Positions 28,284-38,061 of a stretch of DNA of 64,000 bases are shown piece after piece. Numbering within the stretch: the stretch's first letter is position 1; each line of letters opens with the position of its first letter. A program made the position numbers and the translations under genes. The notes beneath the pieces are model-generated. The model saw only the letters and a program-made list of their open reading frames with translations. It was not told the DNA's origin and did no database searches. The DNA comes from Luteolibacter sp. (GTDB lineage: Bacteria > Verrucomicrobiota > Verrucomicrobiia > Verrucomicrobiales > Akkermansiaceae), in the NCBI GenBank assembly GCA_044361475.1, contig JBIKIR010000002.1, positions 18,543-82,542 of the forward strand, read 5' to 3'.

Positions 28284-28435
28284 GTTTCAAGTTTCAAGCA
28301 TTCAGTTTCAAGAAGGCAGAAGATGAAGAAGAAGCGACTCTTTTGCGCGGACCTTTGGGACAAAGGTCCCTGCCTATGAAGAGGTCGCTTCTTCTTTCTC
28401 TTCTCTTGAAACTGAACACTTGAACCTTGAAACTC
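28284..28435. repeat. About 150-bp imperfect palindromic element between convergent genes
   Basis: Arms GTTTCAAGTTTCAAGCATTCAGTTTCAAGA..GAAGAAGAAGCGAC and GTCGCTTCTTC..TCTTGAAACTGAACACTTGAACCTTGAAAC surround a central hairpin GGACCTTTGGGACAAAGGTCC. It shares modules with the other repeat islands. Confidence 0.75.
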
Positions 28436-28441
28436 CTCTAT

Positions 28442-29173
28442 TCACTGAATCAGCAGCCTCAATCCCGCCAGCAGCGCAAAGACGGTGATCATCCATTCGA
28501 AGGCTGCTTGTGGCACATGCCGGATCAACCAACGGCCACCAAACACACCGATCAACACGCCGGGCATCAACCGCAGGTTTTCCATGAGGCTCTCGCTGGT
28601 GATCAATGCAAGGCGGGCATTGAGCGGGACTTTGATGAGGTTGATGAGCAGAAAAAACCTCGCACCGATGCCGATGAGTTCCATCTTTGGGATGTTTCTT
28701 GCCGCAAGGTAGAGCTGGATCACCGGGCCAGCGGCGTTGGCGAGCATCGTGGCGAGGCCACCCGTGATGCCGACACCGGCGCCGAACCATTTTGATTCGA
28801 GCGCGCGATCAAAAAACTGACCCTTGAAGCGTCTTGTCAGTTGCACCACCACCATCGCCAACACGCAGCCACCGATGACGCGCCGCGCCATTTCATCGGG
28901 GATCCAGCCGAGCACCCACCAACCCAGTGCGAGACCAACCAGCGCCGGCGCAAGCAAGCGCCACACCGGCCGCCACGAGCCATGCTTGGCAAAGGTCGGA
29001 TACGCGAGCAAATCGGCCGCGATCAACAAAGGCAATGCCAAGCCCACCGACTCACGCGGGCCATACAACTCGGCCAACAAGGCCACCGAAACGAGCGAAA
29101 TGCCACTGAAGCCAGCCTTCGACAAGCCAATGCAAAAAGCTGCCAGCAGCCCGAGCAGGTAGAAGCACGACAT
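28442..29173 (-). CDS. TauE/SafE-family anion (sulfite) exporter-like membrane protein
   Basis: ORF 28442..29278, start at MSCFYLLGLLAAFCIGLSKAGFSG (ATG 29171-29173). An 8-TM-type protein with the TauE-like GxSKAG motif. Confidence 0.75.
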   Translation of the reverse strand: MSCFYLLGLLAAFCIGLSKAGFSGISLVSVALLAELYGPRESVGLALPLLIAADLLAYPTFAKHGSWRPVWRLLAPALVGLALGWWVLGWIPDEMARRVIGGCVLAMVVVQLTRRFKGQFFDRALESKWFGAGVGITGGLATMLANAAGPVIQLYLAARNIPKMELIGIGARFFLLINLIKVPLNARLALITSESLMENLRLMPGVLIGVFGGRWLIRHVPQAAFEWMITVFALLAGLRLLIQ

Positions 29174-29283
29174 CGCCCGCCCACCATCCGGCAATCGCCT
29201 GCGGCCGCAAGCACAATCAAGCCCGGTCCCCTGCCCGCTTTTTACCTTCCCTCGCCACCGCATGCGCGGTCCAATCATGGCAC

Positions 29284-31014
29284 ATGCCCACCCTCCTCAG
29301 GCTGATCCGCCACACCTTCCGCTTCCCCCTGCTCAGTTCGCTATCACTCGCGATGGCCATCCTTTGCACCTCGCTCGTGCTGGTGCTGCCGGGCGTGACG
29401 ATGCGCTTCATCGATGTGATCCTCGCCAAAAACCGGCCTGACCTCATCGTTTCCACCGCCGCCACTGGCATCGCCGCGATCTTTGCGCGCCAGTTGCTTT
29501 TTTCGCTTCGCACCCTCGTCAACAACGCGCTCGAACTGAAGCTCACCCATCTGGTACGCGTCGAACTCTACGACAAACTCCAACGCCTGCCCGTGAAGTG
29601 GTTCGATTCAAACTCGTCCGGCGAAATCATGTCGCGCGTCGCCGATGATGTGCCAACGATGGACCGCGTGATGATCGAAGGGGTCGATCAGGCCATCGCA
29701 TCGGTGCTACAATTTCTGATCGTCATCGGCTTCATGCTCCACCACTCGTGGCAGCTCACGCTGGTGACGCTCGCACCGCTGCCCTTCATCGGCCTCATCA
29801 CCAGTTGGTGGGCCCGCCGATCGGAACCGATGTGGCGCGCCTCGTCGGAGGCCTCATCCGCCCTCCACGCGATCCTCCACGACAACCTCGCCGGCATCCG
29901 CCTCATCAAGTCCTACACGGTCGAGCCGAAGGCCTTGGAAAATTTTGACAAAGCCTCGCGCCGGATCGGCGAAAAACACATGGATGTGATGCGCGGCCAA
30001 GCCGTCGTGTGGCCGAGCGTTTCGTTCATCGCCGAATCCGGCATCATCCTCATGGTCGGCTTCGGCACTTGGTGGGCCCTCGCAGGAAAAATTTCCGCGG
30101 GCACGGTCATTTCCTTTCTCGTCGCATGGGGTTTCCTCTTCGATCCGATTTCGCGCATCAACACGCTTTCGCAAACCTTCACCCGCGGGGTGGTCGCGGC
30201 CAAACGCATCTTCGGCATCATCGATACACCCGACGAAAGCCATCTCACCGAAGGCCTGCGCCCGGAATCGATCCGCGGCCATGTGCGCTTCGAACATGTC
30301 GCCTTCCACTACGCGGAAAACGCCCCGGCGATCGAAGGCCTCACGCTCGAAGCCCTGCCCGGCGAAACCATCGCCCTCGTCGGTGCCACCGGTGCTGGGA
30401 AATCAACCGTGCTCAACCTCCTCACCCGTTTCTACGAACCCAGCAACGGCCGCATCCTCATCGACGGCATGCCGCTGCAGGAAATTTCCAAGGAATGGCT
30501 GCGCGATCAACTCGGCTATGTGACGCAAGAAAGCTTCCTCTTCAACACCACCGTGCGCGAAAACCTCCTGCTCGCAAAACACGATGCGAACGACGATGAA
30601 CTCTGGTCCGCCCTCGAGGCAGCCAATGCCGCAAACTTCGTGAGGTCGAACCCACTCGGACTCGACGCCATCGCCGGCGAACGCGGTGGAAGATTTTCTG
30701 GCGGCGAAAAACAACGGCTCTCCATCGCCCGCGCGCTCCTCAAAAACCCGCCCATCCTGCTGCTCGACGAAGCAACCTCGGCACTCGACAACCGCACCGA
30801 ACGCCTCGTCCAGGATGCGCTCGAAAACCTCAGGGCCGACCGCACCTGCTTCGTCATCGCCCACCGCCTCTCCACCGTGCGCCAAGCCGACCGCATCTGC
30901 GTCCTCGAAAAAGGTCGCGTCCTCGAACTCGGCACCCACGAAGAACTCATCAATCGCAATGGTGCCTACGCCCGACTCTGCGAAGCTGGCCTCTCAAGCC
31001 AAGCGCATGGCTAA
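29284..31014 (+). CDS. ABC exporter, fused permease/ATPase (MsbA/MdlB-like)
   Basis: 576 aa. N-terminal 6-TM domain, Walker A GATGAGKST, signature LSGGEKQR, Walker B LLLDEATS. Confidence 0.9.
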   Translation: MPTLLRLIRHTFRFPLLSSLSLAMAILCTSLVLVLPGVTMRFIDVILAKNRPDLIVSTAATGIAAIFARQLLFSLRTLVNNALELKLTHLVRVELYDKLQRLPVKWFDSNSSGEIMSRVADDVPTMDRVMIEGVDQAIASVLQFLIVIGFMLHHSWQLTLVTLAPLPFIGLITSWWARRSEPMWRASSEASSALHAILHDNLAGIRLIKSYTVEPKALENFDKASRRIGEKHMDVMRGQAVVWPSVSFIAESGIILMVGFGTWWALAGKISAGTVISFLVAWGFLFDPISRINTLSQTFTRGVVAAKRIFGIIDTPDESHLTEGLRPESIRGHVRFEHVAFHYAENAPAIEGLTLEALPGETIALVGATGAGKSTVLNLLTRFYEPSNGRILIDGMPLQEISKEWLRDQLGYVTQESFLFNTTVRENLLLAKHDANDDELWSALEAANAANFVRSNPLGLDAIAGERGGRFSGGEKQRLSIARALLKNPPILLLDEATSALDNRTERLVQDALENLRADRTCFVIAHRLSTVRQADRICVLEKGRVLELGTHEELINRNGAYARLCEAGLSSQAHG

Positions 31015-31026
31015 TCGAAGCTAAAA

Positions 31027-31074
31027 AGGCACAAAAAACGGCCCTTGTTCGAGAAATCTCCCAAACAAGGGCCG
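31027..31074 (-). terminator. Intrinsic terminator after the 31102..31485 lipoprotein gene
   Basis: On the minus strand, CGGCCCTTGTT-N14-AACAAGGGCCG is followed by TTTTTTGTGCCTTTTT. Confidence 0.6.
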
Positions 31075-31101
31075 TAAAAATATCAAAACCGATAAGTCAG
31101 C

Positions 31102-31485
31102 TTACTTAGGCAGCTCGCTCTCGATCGCTTCCTTGGTTTCTTCAACACCTTCAGCAGCCTTCTCGGTAGCCTCACCGGCAGCATCCTTGGCGTCTTCAGC
31201 TGCATCCTTCACCTGATCGGCCGCATTCTCCACCGCTTCGCCAGCAGCGCTCTTGGCTTCCGCGGCGGCTTCTTTGACCTCATCCGCAGCTTTGTTCACC
31301 TCAGAGACTGCCGCCTCTTTGGCTGCCGCCGCTTCTTCGGCAACATTTGATGCAGCTTCTTTCACGCCTTCGGCAACCTGCTCAGCACCAGAGCTGACTT
31401 TCTCGCTCGCGCTTTGCTTGATCTTATCGCAAGAGGCGGACGCACCTAACAGCGCGATCATGGGGATCCAGTATTTCATTTTCAT
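31102..31485 (-). CDS. Lipoprotein with Ala/Glu/Lys-rich amphipathic (LEA/apolipoprotein-like) repeats
   Basis: ORF 31102..31563, start at MKMKYWIPMIALLGASASC (lipobox). The remainder is low-complexity EAA/KEAA repeats. Confidence 0.6.
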   Translation of the reverse strand: MKMKYWIPMIALLGASASCDKIKQSASEKVSSGAEQVAEGVKEAASNVAEEAAAAKEAAVSEVNKAADEVKEAAAEAKSAAGEAVENAADQVKDAAEDAKDAAGEATEKAAEGVEETKEAIESELPK

Positions 31486-31684
31486 GTATTTTGTGTGTAT
31501 GGGTTCCGAAACGTCATAGTACGTTTCTAACCGAACATTCTCAAACTCCGCTTTGGCTGTCAAAGATTGAATGAGATTATTTCATGATTCATCGCGGGGC
31601 TTGACGCCTCATAAATCATTCCAATTCGCGCGACTTGCACGAATTCGCAATTTACGCGGCGATTCCCTGTGACAATCTTGCACC

Positions 31685-33424
31685 GTGCAACACGCTGGAA
31701 TTCGCCAGGCCGGGGTCCTCATCCCGGTCTTTTCGATGCGACGCAGAGGAGACCTTGGCATTGGCGACACCGCAGCTTTGCGCGAATGGATCGACTGGGC
31801 CGCGAGGATCGGCGTCACATTCATTCAACTTCTGCCGATCAATGAAAACGGCATCGACGAAAGCCCTTACAGCGCGATTTCCTCCTGCGCGCTCGACCCG
31901 ATTTACCTGACCCTCGACGCGTCAGAAATCCCCTGGCTCGATGCCGGGGATTTCAGCCGGGCCGGCGACCAGGTCAGCGTGGCCCGCCAGTCCGCACGCG
32001 TCGATTACCCCAACGTGCGCCGCGTGAAGCGCAACCTGCTTGAGCTCGCATGGGCGGAGTTTGCCACCGCCGAGCAAGTGCTTCGCGACGAATTCGAGCG
32101 CTTCAAATCCGCCGAGCAGGACTGGCTCGCAGACTACTGCCTGTTCCGCTTTCTGATGGAACTTCACGGCGAGTCGCTCACTTGGGACAAATGGCCGGAC
32201 TCCTCCAACACGCCGGAAAAAGCACGCGAGCATGTCGACTCACTGCGTGCCCGCGACACGGAAGCGGTTGATTATCGCCTGGGATTTTTTGCATTCACCC
32301 AATGGCTGTGCTTCCGGCAATGGCGCAGCTTGCGAAAGCATGCCGATTTGCGCGGCGTGAAACTGATGGGCGATTTGCCGATCGGCGTGAGCTGGCATTC
32401 GTGCGATGTGTTTTTCAATCGCGATGATTTCCACCTTGAATGGTGCGGCGGCTCACCACCTGAAGGCATGAGCCAAAGCGATCCGTTCTTCCAACAATGG
32501 GGGCAGAACTGGGGCATCCCGCTCTACCGATGGGACCACATGCAGGCAAACGGTTTCGCATGGTGGAAAAACCGCGTCCGCCGCCTCACCGAAATTTTCC
32601 GCATCTTCCGCCTCGACCACATCCTCGGCTTTTACCGCATCTACGCATTCCCTTGGAGACCCGAACGCAATCACGAATTCATCGGCCTAAGCCATCACGA
32701 CGCGGCGGAAAAAAACCATGGCATGCTGCCCCGTTGGTTTTTGCGTCCCGACGACACGATGGAAAACAAAGCCGCCAACCGCGCCGATGGCGATGTACGC
32801 CTGCGCGCTATCCTTGAGGCCGCCAATGGCGCGGAAATCATCGCCGAAGACCTCGGCTGGGTGCCGGACTATGTGCGCCCACACCTCCACGACCTCGGCA
32901 TCACCGGCTTCCGCATCCCGCACTGGGATTGCAACGAGTTCGGCCACCCCACACCCGGCAACAGCTTTCCGGAAAATTCCTTCGCCACCTACTCGACCCA
33001 CGACCACGACCCGGTCAACGGCATCTGGCGCGCTTGCCAAAACGCACTCCGCCGTCATCACGAACACCCCGACAACAGCTCCGGCTGGCAAGCACACGGC
33101 GCCTACAACACGCTGCGCATCCTCTCGGAGTTCGCCTCGATCCCCGTGCCATCCCACGGCCCCTGCCCACCCTTCACCGAAGGCATCCGCCTGCGACTCA
33201 TCAAGGCCCTGCTCGACTCCAACTCGCGCTACGCCTCGGTCATGATCACCGAGCTTTTCGCCATCGACGAACGAATCAACACACCCGGCAGCACTCACTC
33301 TCACAACTGGAGCTTCCGCCTGCCATGGACGCTCGAAGAAATCCGCGCCGACCAAAGACTCAACGAAATTTGTCGCAAGCTTGCCATCGCCATCAGCCTC
33401 ACTCGCGGCAAACCCCTGTATTGA
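31685..33424 (+). CDS. malQ: 4-alpha-glucanotransferase (amylomaltase, GH77)
   Basis: 579 aa with a GTG start. GVLIPVFSMRRRGDLGIGD..., LPINE, RLDHILGF, and EDLG in IIAEDLGWVP. Confidence 0.9.
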   Translation: MQHAGIRQAGVLIPVFSMRRRGDLGIGDTAALREWIDWAARIGVTFIQLLPINENGIDESPYSAISSCALDPIYLTLDASEIPWLDAGDFSRAGDQVSVARQSARVDYPNVRRVKRNLLELAWAEFATAEQVLRDEFERFKSAEQDWLADYCLFRFLMELHGESLTWDKWPDSSNTPEKAREHVDSLRARDTEAVDYRLGFFAFTQWLCFRQWRSLRKHADLRGVKLMGDLPIGVSWHSCDVFFNRDDFHLEWCGGSPPEGMSQSDPFFQQWGQNWGIPLYRWDHMQANGFAWWKNRVRRLTEIFRIFRLDHILGFYRIYAFPWRPERNHEFIGLSHHDAAEKNHGMLPRWFLRPDDTMENKAANRADGDVRLRAILEAANGAEIIAEDLGWVPDYVRPHLHDLGITGFRIPHWDCNEFGHPTPGNSFPENSFATYSTHDHDPVNGIWRACQNALRRHHEHPDNSSGWQAHGAYNTLRILSEFASIPVPSHGPCPPFTEGIRLRLIKALLDSNSRYASVMITELFAIDERINTPGSTHSHNWSFRLPWTLEEIRADQRLNEICRKLAIAISLTRGKPLY

Positions 33425-33476
33425 CTTCCCCTCGGCGTCCGATTGACTCTTTGCGCTCCCTCATACATACCAAGCC

Positions 33477-33989
33477 ATGTCCAACACGCTGCCACCGAGA
33501 CCCCGGATCATCGGATCAAAAGTCCGAATCTGCATCGTCGCCTCGAAATACAACGAGGAATTCACGGACTCGCTCGTCGACAACACACTCAAGGAAATCG
33601 AGGAACTCGTCCCACAGGCCCGCGTCGATCTGATCCGCGTGCCCGGCGCATTTGAAATTCCCGTGATGGTCGCCACCGTGCTCGAGCGCAACCCGCCCGC
33701 CTGCATCATCGCACTCGGCCTGATCATCCGCGGCTCCACCGCCCACGCCGACCTCGTCGCGCGCTCGGTCACCGACTCACTCCAACAACTCGCCGTTTCA
33801 CACGTGCGGCCGATTATCAACGAGGTCCTTTTGGTCGAAGATGAAAAGCAAGCCTACGCCCGCTGCATCGGTTCACAAATCAATCGCGGCCGCGAAGCTG
33901 CCCGCGCCGCCGCATCGATGATCGAAATTTTTCGCGAACTCGACCGCTCGATGCCGCTCATGAACGACGGCAAAAAACGATATGCCTAG
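33477..33989 (+). CDS. ribH: 6,7-dimethyl-8-ribityllumazine synthase
   Basis: 170 aa. [26 protein letters not shown] and GSTAHADLV motifs. Confidence 0.93.
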   Translation: MSNTLPPRPRIIGSKVRICIVASKYNEEFTDSLVDNTLKEIEELVPQARVDLIRVPGAFEIPVMVATVLERNPPACIIALGLIIRGSTAHADLVARSVTDSLQQLAVSHVRPIINEVLLVEDEKQAYARCIGSQINRGREAARAAASMIEIFRELDRSMPLMNDGKKRYA

Positions 33990-34893
33990 TCCCCGCCAAA
34001 TCCGCGAGGCTGTGGTGCAGTTTCTCTATTGCGCCGATCTCGAAGGAGGTGCCAATCCGGCTGCCCTGCGCGAACCGTTCTGGGACTTTGTCTCGGAATC
34101 GGATCTCCGCAAATTGCTCATCGCCACCTTCCGCGCCATCCACCACCTCGCCAGCGGCCGCGAAGATCGGCTCATCGAGTTCCAACAGCGCGCCAACGCC
34201 GCCACGCCGCTGCTCGCCGGAAATCCCGCCGCAGAAAAACTCCCGCCCATTCTCAACCGCCTCTCGCGCCTCGAGTCGGACTGGAGCCAGGCCTTCGATC
34301 ATCTCGAACACTTGCCCAAAGACGATGACGATGCCTCGGTCGCCTCAAAGTTCGCGCCCGCACTGCAACGGCTATTCCGCATCGATCGCGACCTCGCCGC
34401 GGCCCGTGCCGACTTCATCGATCAGGCCGGACTTCTCCCCGCACTACGCGGACAGCTTGAGCCGCTCACTGCATCCATCCGCCGCCTCCAGCGGATTTCC
34501 GACCGCATCCGCATGGTCGAGGAACCGGAAAATTTCCCCGAACAAAGCGACCTCACCAAACTCCGCGACTCAAAATCGGAAATCGCCTCGCTGCGCAAAA
34601 CGACCGACTCTTGGGTCGACGCAGTGCTCGCCCACAAGGACTCGATCGACAAAAAGCTCGGAGCGGTGATCGAAAACTACGCACCCGCACGCATCGATCC
34701 GGTCGACCGTGCGATCCTGCGCCTCGCCACTCACGAACTTCTCAACACGGCCACACCACCAAAGGTCGTGATCAACGAAGCAATCGAACTCGCCAAGCGT
34801 TTCGGCACCACCGATTCCAAGCGCTTCGTCAATGGCATCCTCGATAAAATCGCGGGACTCACCAGCGTCACGGCTACCGATGGCGCGGCCTGA
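33982..34893 (+). CDS. nusB: Transcription antitermination factor NusB with a large internal insertion
   Basis: 303 aa. NusB N-terminus [16 protein letters not shown] and C-terminus [46 protein letters not shown]. Conserved ribH-nusB order. Confidence 0.85.
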   Translation: MPSPRQIREAVVQFLYCADLEGGANPAALREPFWDFVSESDLRKLLIATFRAIHHLASGREDRLIEFQQRANAATPLLAGNPAAEKLPPILNRLSRLESDWSQAFDHLEHLPKDDDDASVASKFAPALQRLFRIDRDLAAARADFIDQAGLLPALRGQLEPLTASIRRLQRISDRIRMVEEPENFPEQSDLTKLRDSKSEIASLRKTTDSWVDAVLAHKDSIDKKLGAVIENYAPARIDPVDRAILRLATHELLNTATPPKVVINEAIELAKRFGTTDSKRFVNGILDKIAGLTSVTATDGAA

Positions 34894-34895
34894 AT

Positions 34896-36194
34896 GTGCC
34901 GCAACCATCCCTCGTTGAGGCCATGAACCAACCCACCCCATTCCAACAACGCACGCTGTGGAACGCCGCCACCGGCGTCTCGATCATGATCCTCGGCGCC
35001 CTGATGGTCGGCCTCGTCTGGATCATCGGCAAAGTCTTCGGCTTTCTTCAGCCGGTGCTCATTCCATTGATCGTTGCAGGCATCGTCGCCTATGTGCTCG
35101 ATCCGGTGGTGCGCCTTCTGCAAAAACGCGGACTCAGCAGACTCTGGTCGGTCATCACGCTCTTTGTCGCTTTGCTCCTCTCGATCATGCTGCTCATGGT
35201 CGCCCTCATCCCCGCCGTCAACCAAGGCCGCGACCTGCTCAAAAAAACCGTGTCGGCTGTCACCGCAAACGAACAGAAGGCGCCACTTGAAGAAGAAGCC
35301 AGCCAAAGCGAACAGGACAAACGCCTCACCAACACACTGGTTTCAAAGTTGGTGAAGATGCGCAGCAAACACGAAGGCAACCCGATCGGCTGGATGCTCA
35401 CGGAAGTTGACGATCAAGGAAACTCCCTGCCCGCAGATGCCGCCACCACACCCGGACTCGAATCGCTTTCCAACAGCCGCGTCGGCCGCATGCTCTTTCA
35501 ATACAAGGGAGTCATTCTCAAGACTGGCCGCGAGTGGATCTCCACCGGCTCGACCAAGGTGCTCGGATTCCTCGGCCTCGTGCTCGGCATGATCATGGTG
35601 CCGGTCTACCTGTTCTTCTTTCTCAAGGATTCGTCATCAATCCGCGAACACTGGCACGACTATGTGCCGTTGAAAAATTCCGAATTCAAAACCGAACTCG
35701 TTGAGACCCTTCAGGAAATCAACGGCTACCTCGTATCGTTCTTCCGCGGCCAAGTTCTCGTCGCCGCCATCGATGGCTTTCTCGTCGGTACCGCACTCAC
35801 CATCTTCGGCCTGCCCTACGGTTTTCTCATCGGCATCTTCATGGCCATCCTGGGCGTGATCCCCTACATCGGCAGCATCCTTTGCCTCATCCCCGCCTGC
35901 ATCATCGGCTACCTCCACGCCTCAGGTTCCTCACCCTTTGGCATGACACCCGCCACCTATGTCGGCTGCGTGGTCGCCATCTTTGTAGTGGTCCAACAAA
36001 TCAACTCCCTCGTCACCGCCCCAAAAATCGTCGGTGACTCGGTCGGCCTCCACCCACTCACCGTGATCTTCTCGATGCTCTTCTGGTCCCTCCTCCTCGG
36101 CGGATTCGTCGGAGCCCTCCTCGCAGTCCCACTCACCGCCGCCGTGAAAGTCCTCTTCCGCCGCTACATCTGGGTGCGGGGGAGATTGGTGTGA
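34896..36194 (+). CDS. AI-2E family transporter (PerM/YhhT-like permease)
   Basis: 432 aa. Polytopic, with the C-terminal motif ..PKIVGDSVGLHPLTVIFSMLFWSLLLGGFVGALLAVPLTA typical of the family. The start could be GTG 34896 or ATG 34923. Confidence 0.85.
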   Translation: MPQPSLVEAMNQPTPFQQRTLWNAATGVSIMILGALMVGLVWIIGKVFGFLQPVLIPLIVAGIVAYVLDPVVRLLQKRGLSRLWSVITLFVALLLSIMLLMVALIPAVNQGRDLLKKTVSAVTANEQKAPLEEEASQSEQDKRLTNTLVSKLVKMRSKHEGNPIGWMLTEVDDQGNSLPADAATTPGLESLSNSRVGRMLFQYKGVILKTGREWISTGSTKVLGFLGLVLGMIMVPVYLFFFLKDSSSIREHWHDYVPLKNSEFKTELVETLQEINGYLVSFFRGQVLVAAIDGFLVGTALTIFGLPYGFLIGIFMAILGVIPYIGSILCLIPACIIGYLHASGSSPFGMTPATYVGCVVAIFVVVQQINSLVTAPKIVGDSVGLHPLTVIFSMLFWSLLLGGFVGALLAVPLTAAVKVLFRRYIWVRGRLV

Positions 36195-36632
36195 GTGAAG
36201 AGTTAGTGGTTAAGAGTTAGTGGTTATTGGGGGCAAAGAAGAAGCTTCTCCTTCAAGGAGAGTGGGCATCATGCCCACCTCTTCCCCCCCGGTAGGGCGA
36301 TGAGGCCCTGCAGCGCCGACACATCGCCGCAGGCGCCAAGCGGGCAAGATGCCCGCGCTCCTTTGCAGAAGCTGCTTCACTCCCTCCCAATAACCTCTAA
36401 CAAATAACCAACAACTCTCCCCCCCGGGTAGGGAGACGCGGCCTCGCGGCGCCGACACATCGCCGCAGGCGCCAAGCGGGCAAGATGCCCGCGCTCCCTT
36501 GAGGAAGCCACCGCTATAACAATTTCTTCTCCTCCGCGTCTCTTGGCGACCTCTGCGGCTTGCGGTAAATCTTCTTATGGTATCGGCGCCGCGAGCCGCG
36601 TCTCCCTACCGGGAAAGAAAACCCTCTTCACA
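36195..36632. repeat. Mosaic repeat island with three REP-like cores (36291+, 36427+, 36583-)
   Basis: Two direct copies of about 70 nt, GGTAGGG.GA.G.GGCC...GCGCCGACACATCGCCGCAGGCGCCAAGCGGGCAAGATGCCCGCGCTCC, plus one inverted core. The flanking GAGTTAGTGGTTATTGGG / CCCAATAACCTCTAAC arms are inverted relative to each other. Confidence 0.85.
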
Positions 36633-38042
36633 TCACACAAACGCCCGCCACAACGCCGCAACCAATCCGCAAAGCACAAAGCCCAGCGCCAAGGGCATCA
36701 ACGCGGAGACCGCCGTCCATTTCCAACTGCGCGTTTCCTTGTAGATGGTGTAAAGCGTGGTCGAGCACGGGTTGTGGCAGAGGCTGAACAGCATGAGGCA
36801 CAAGGCGGTGAGCGAAGTCCACCCGTCGGCTTCGAGGATCGCACGCACATTGCCGGGATCGGTTTCAAACATCACGCCCGCGCCCTGACCACCTGCCGCG
36901 CCAGTCACCAACACGGTAAGCATGAGAATCGTGGGCACGACAATTTCGTTAGCGGGAATCGCCACGATGTAGGCCAGCAGGATCACGCCAGTGAGCCCGA
37001 TCAAACGCGCGAAGGGATCCGTGCCATGCACAAACCATGCGGCAAGGCTTTGATCGCCGATGAAAATATTCGCCGAAAGCCAGATCGCCGCACCGGCCGG
37101 CAGCGCAAACACCACCGCGCGCCACAGCACGATCAGCGTCCGATCAATGATCGAAGTATAAAGGGTCTTCCAGAAATCCGGCGGGCGGTAAGGCGGCAGT
37201 TCGAGGCTGAAGGTCGAGGCCTCGCCGCGCAGCACCGTACGGGCAAGCATCCACGAACTCAGCATCGCAAAACCAAAGCCCAACAAGGCCACCGCCAGCA
37301 CCGATAGTGCGGCGATCGAACCACCCCAACCGCGCGGCGCCAGCGTGCCGATGAAAACTCCAGCCATTAGGATCTGCGTGGGCCAGCGACCATTGCAGAT
37401 TGAAAAGTTGTTCGTCAGAATCGCAATCAAGCGCTCGCGCGGCGAATCAATGATCCGCGTGGCAACCACCCCCGCCGCATTGCAACCCAAGCCCATCGCC
37501 ATTGTCAGCGCCTGTTTGCCATGCGCACCCACGCGTTGAAACATGCGATCGAGGTTGAAGGCGACGCGCGGCAAATACCCGAAGTCTTCCAGCAAGGTGA
37601 AACAGGGGAAAAATATCGCCATCGGCGGCAGCATCACGCTGATCACCCACGCGGTGGCGAGGTACATGCCATCGACAAGCAAGCCCTTCAACCACCACGG
37701 CGCGCCCACCGAAACAAACAACTCCGATAACCAGCCATGACCTTTGTCGACCAGCAAGGATCCCAACATCGCCGATGGAACATTCGCACCGACAATCGTC
37801 AGCCAAAGGATCGCACCCAGCACGGCGATCATGATCGGAAAGGCGGTGAGCGGATGCGTCAGCAATCGATCCAAGGCTTGTTGCCACGCCAATCGCCGGT
37901 CACCACCACTGCGCGTGACGCTGCGCTCGGCGATTCGCGCGGCCTCGCCATGAATCGACTCGGCAATCCGGTCGTGCAGGTCCTGTGGCAGTTGCCAGCG
38001 CAACTCCCCTGCCTCTTTCAACACATCGTCCTTGCTCTTCAT
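36633..38042 (-). CDS. feoB: Ferrous iron transporter FeoB, membrane (nucleoside-recognition/gate) portion
   Basis: ORF 36633..38276, credible start at MKSKDDVLKEAGELRW (ATG 38040-38042). ..LDRLLTHPLTAFPIMIAVLG.. and the following polytopic region match the FeoB C-terminal domain. Confidence 0.85.
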   Translation of the reverse strand: MKSKDDVLKEAGELRWQLPQDLHDRIAESIHGEAARIAERSVTRSGGDRRLAWQQALDRLLTHPLTAFPIMIAVLGAILWLTIVGANVPSAMLGSLLVDKGHGWLSELFVSVGAPWWLKGLLVDGMYLATAWVISVMLPPMAIFFPCFTLLEDFGYLPRVAFNLDRMFQRVGAHGKQALTMAMGLGCNAAGVVATRIIDSPRERLIAILTNNFSICNGRWPTQILMAGVFIGTLAPRGWGGSIAALSVLAVALLGFGFAMLSSWMLARTVLRGEASTFSLELPPYRPPDFWKTLYTSIIDRTLIVLWRAVVFALPAGAAIWLSANIFIGDQSLAAWFVHGTDPFARLIGLTGVILLAYIVAIPANEIVVPTILMLTVLVTGAAGGQGAGVMFETDPGNVRAILEADGWTSLTALCLMLFSLCHNPCSTTLYTIYKETRSWKWTAVSALMPLALGFVLCGLVAALWRAFV

Positions 38043-38061
38043 GAAAAATTTTTTGCCTCTC

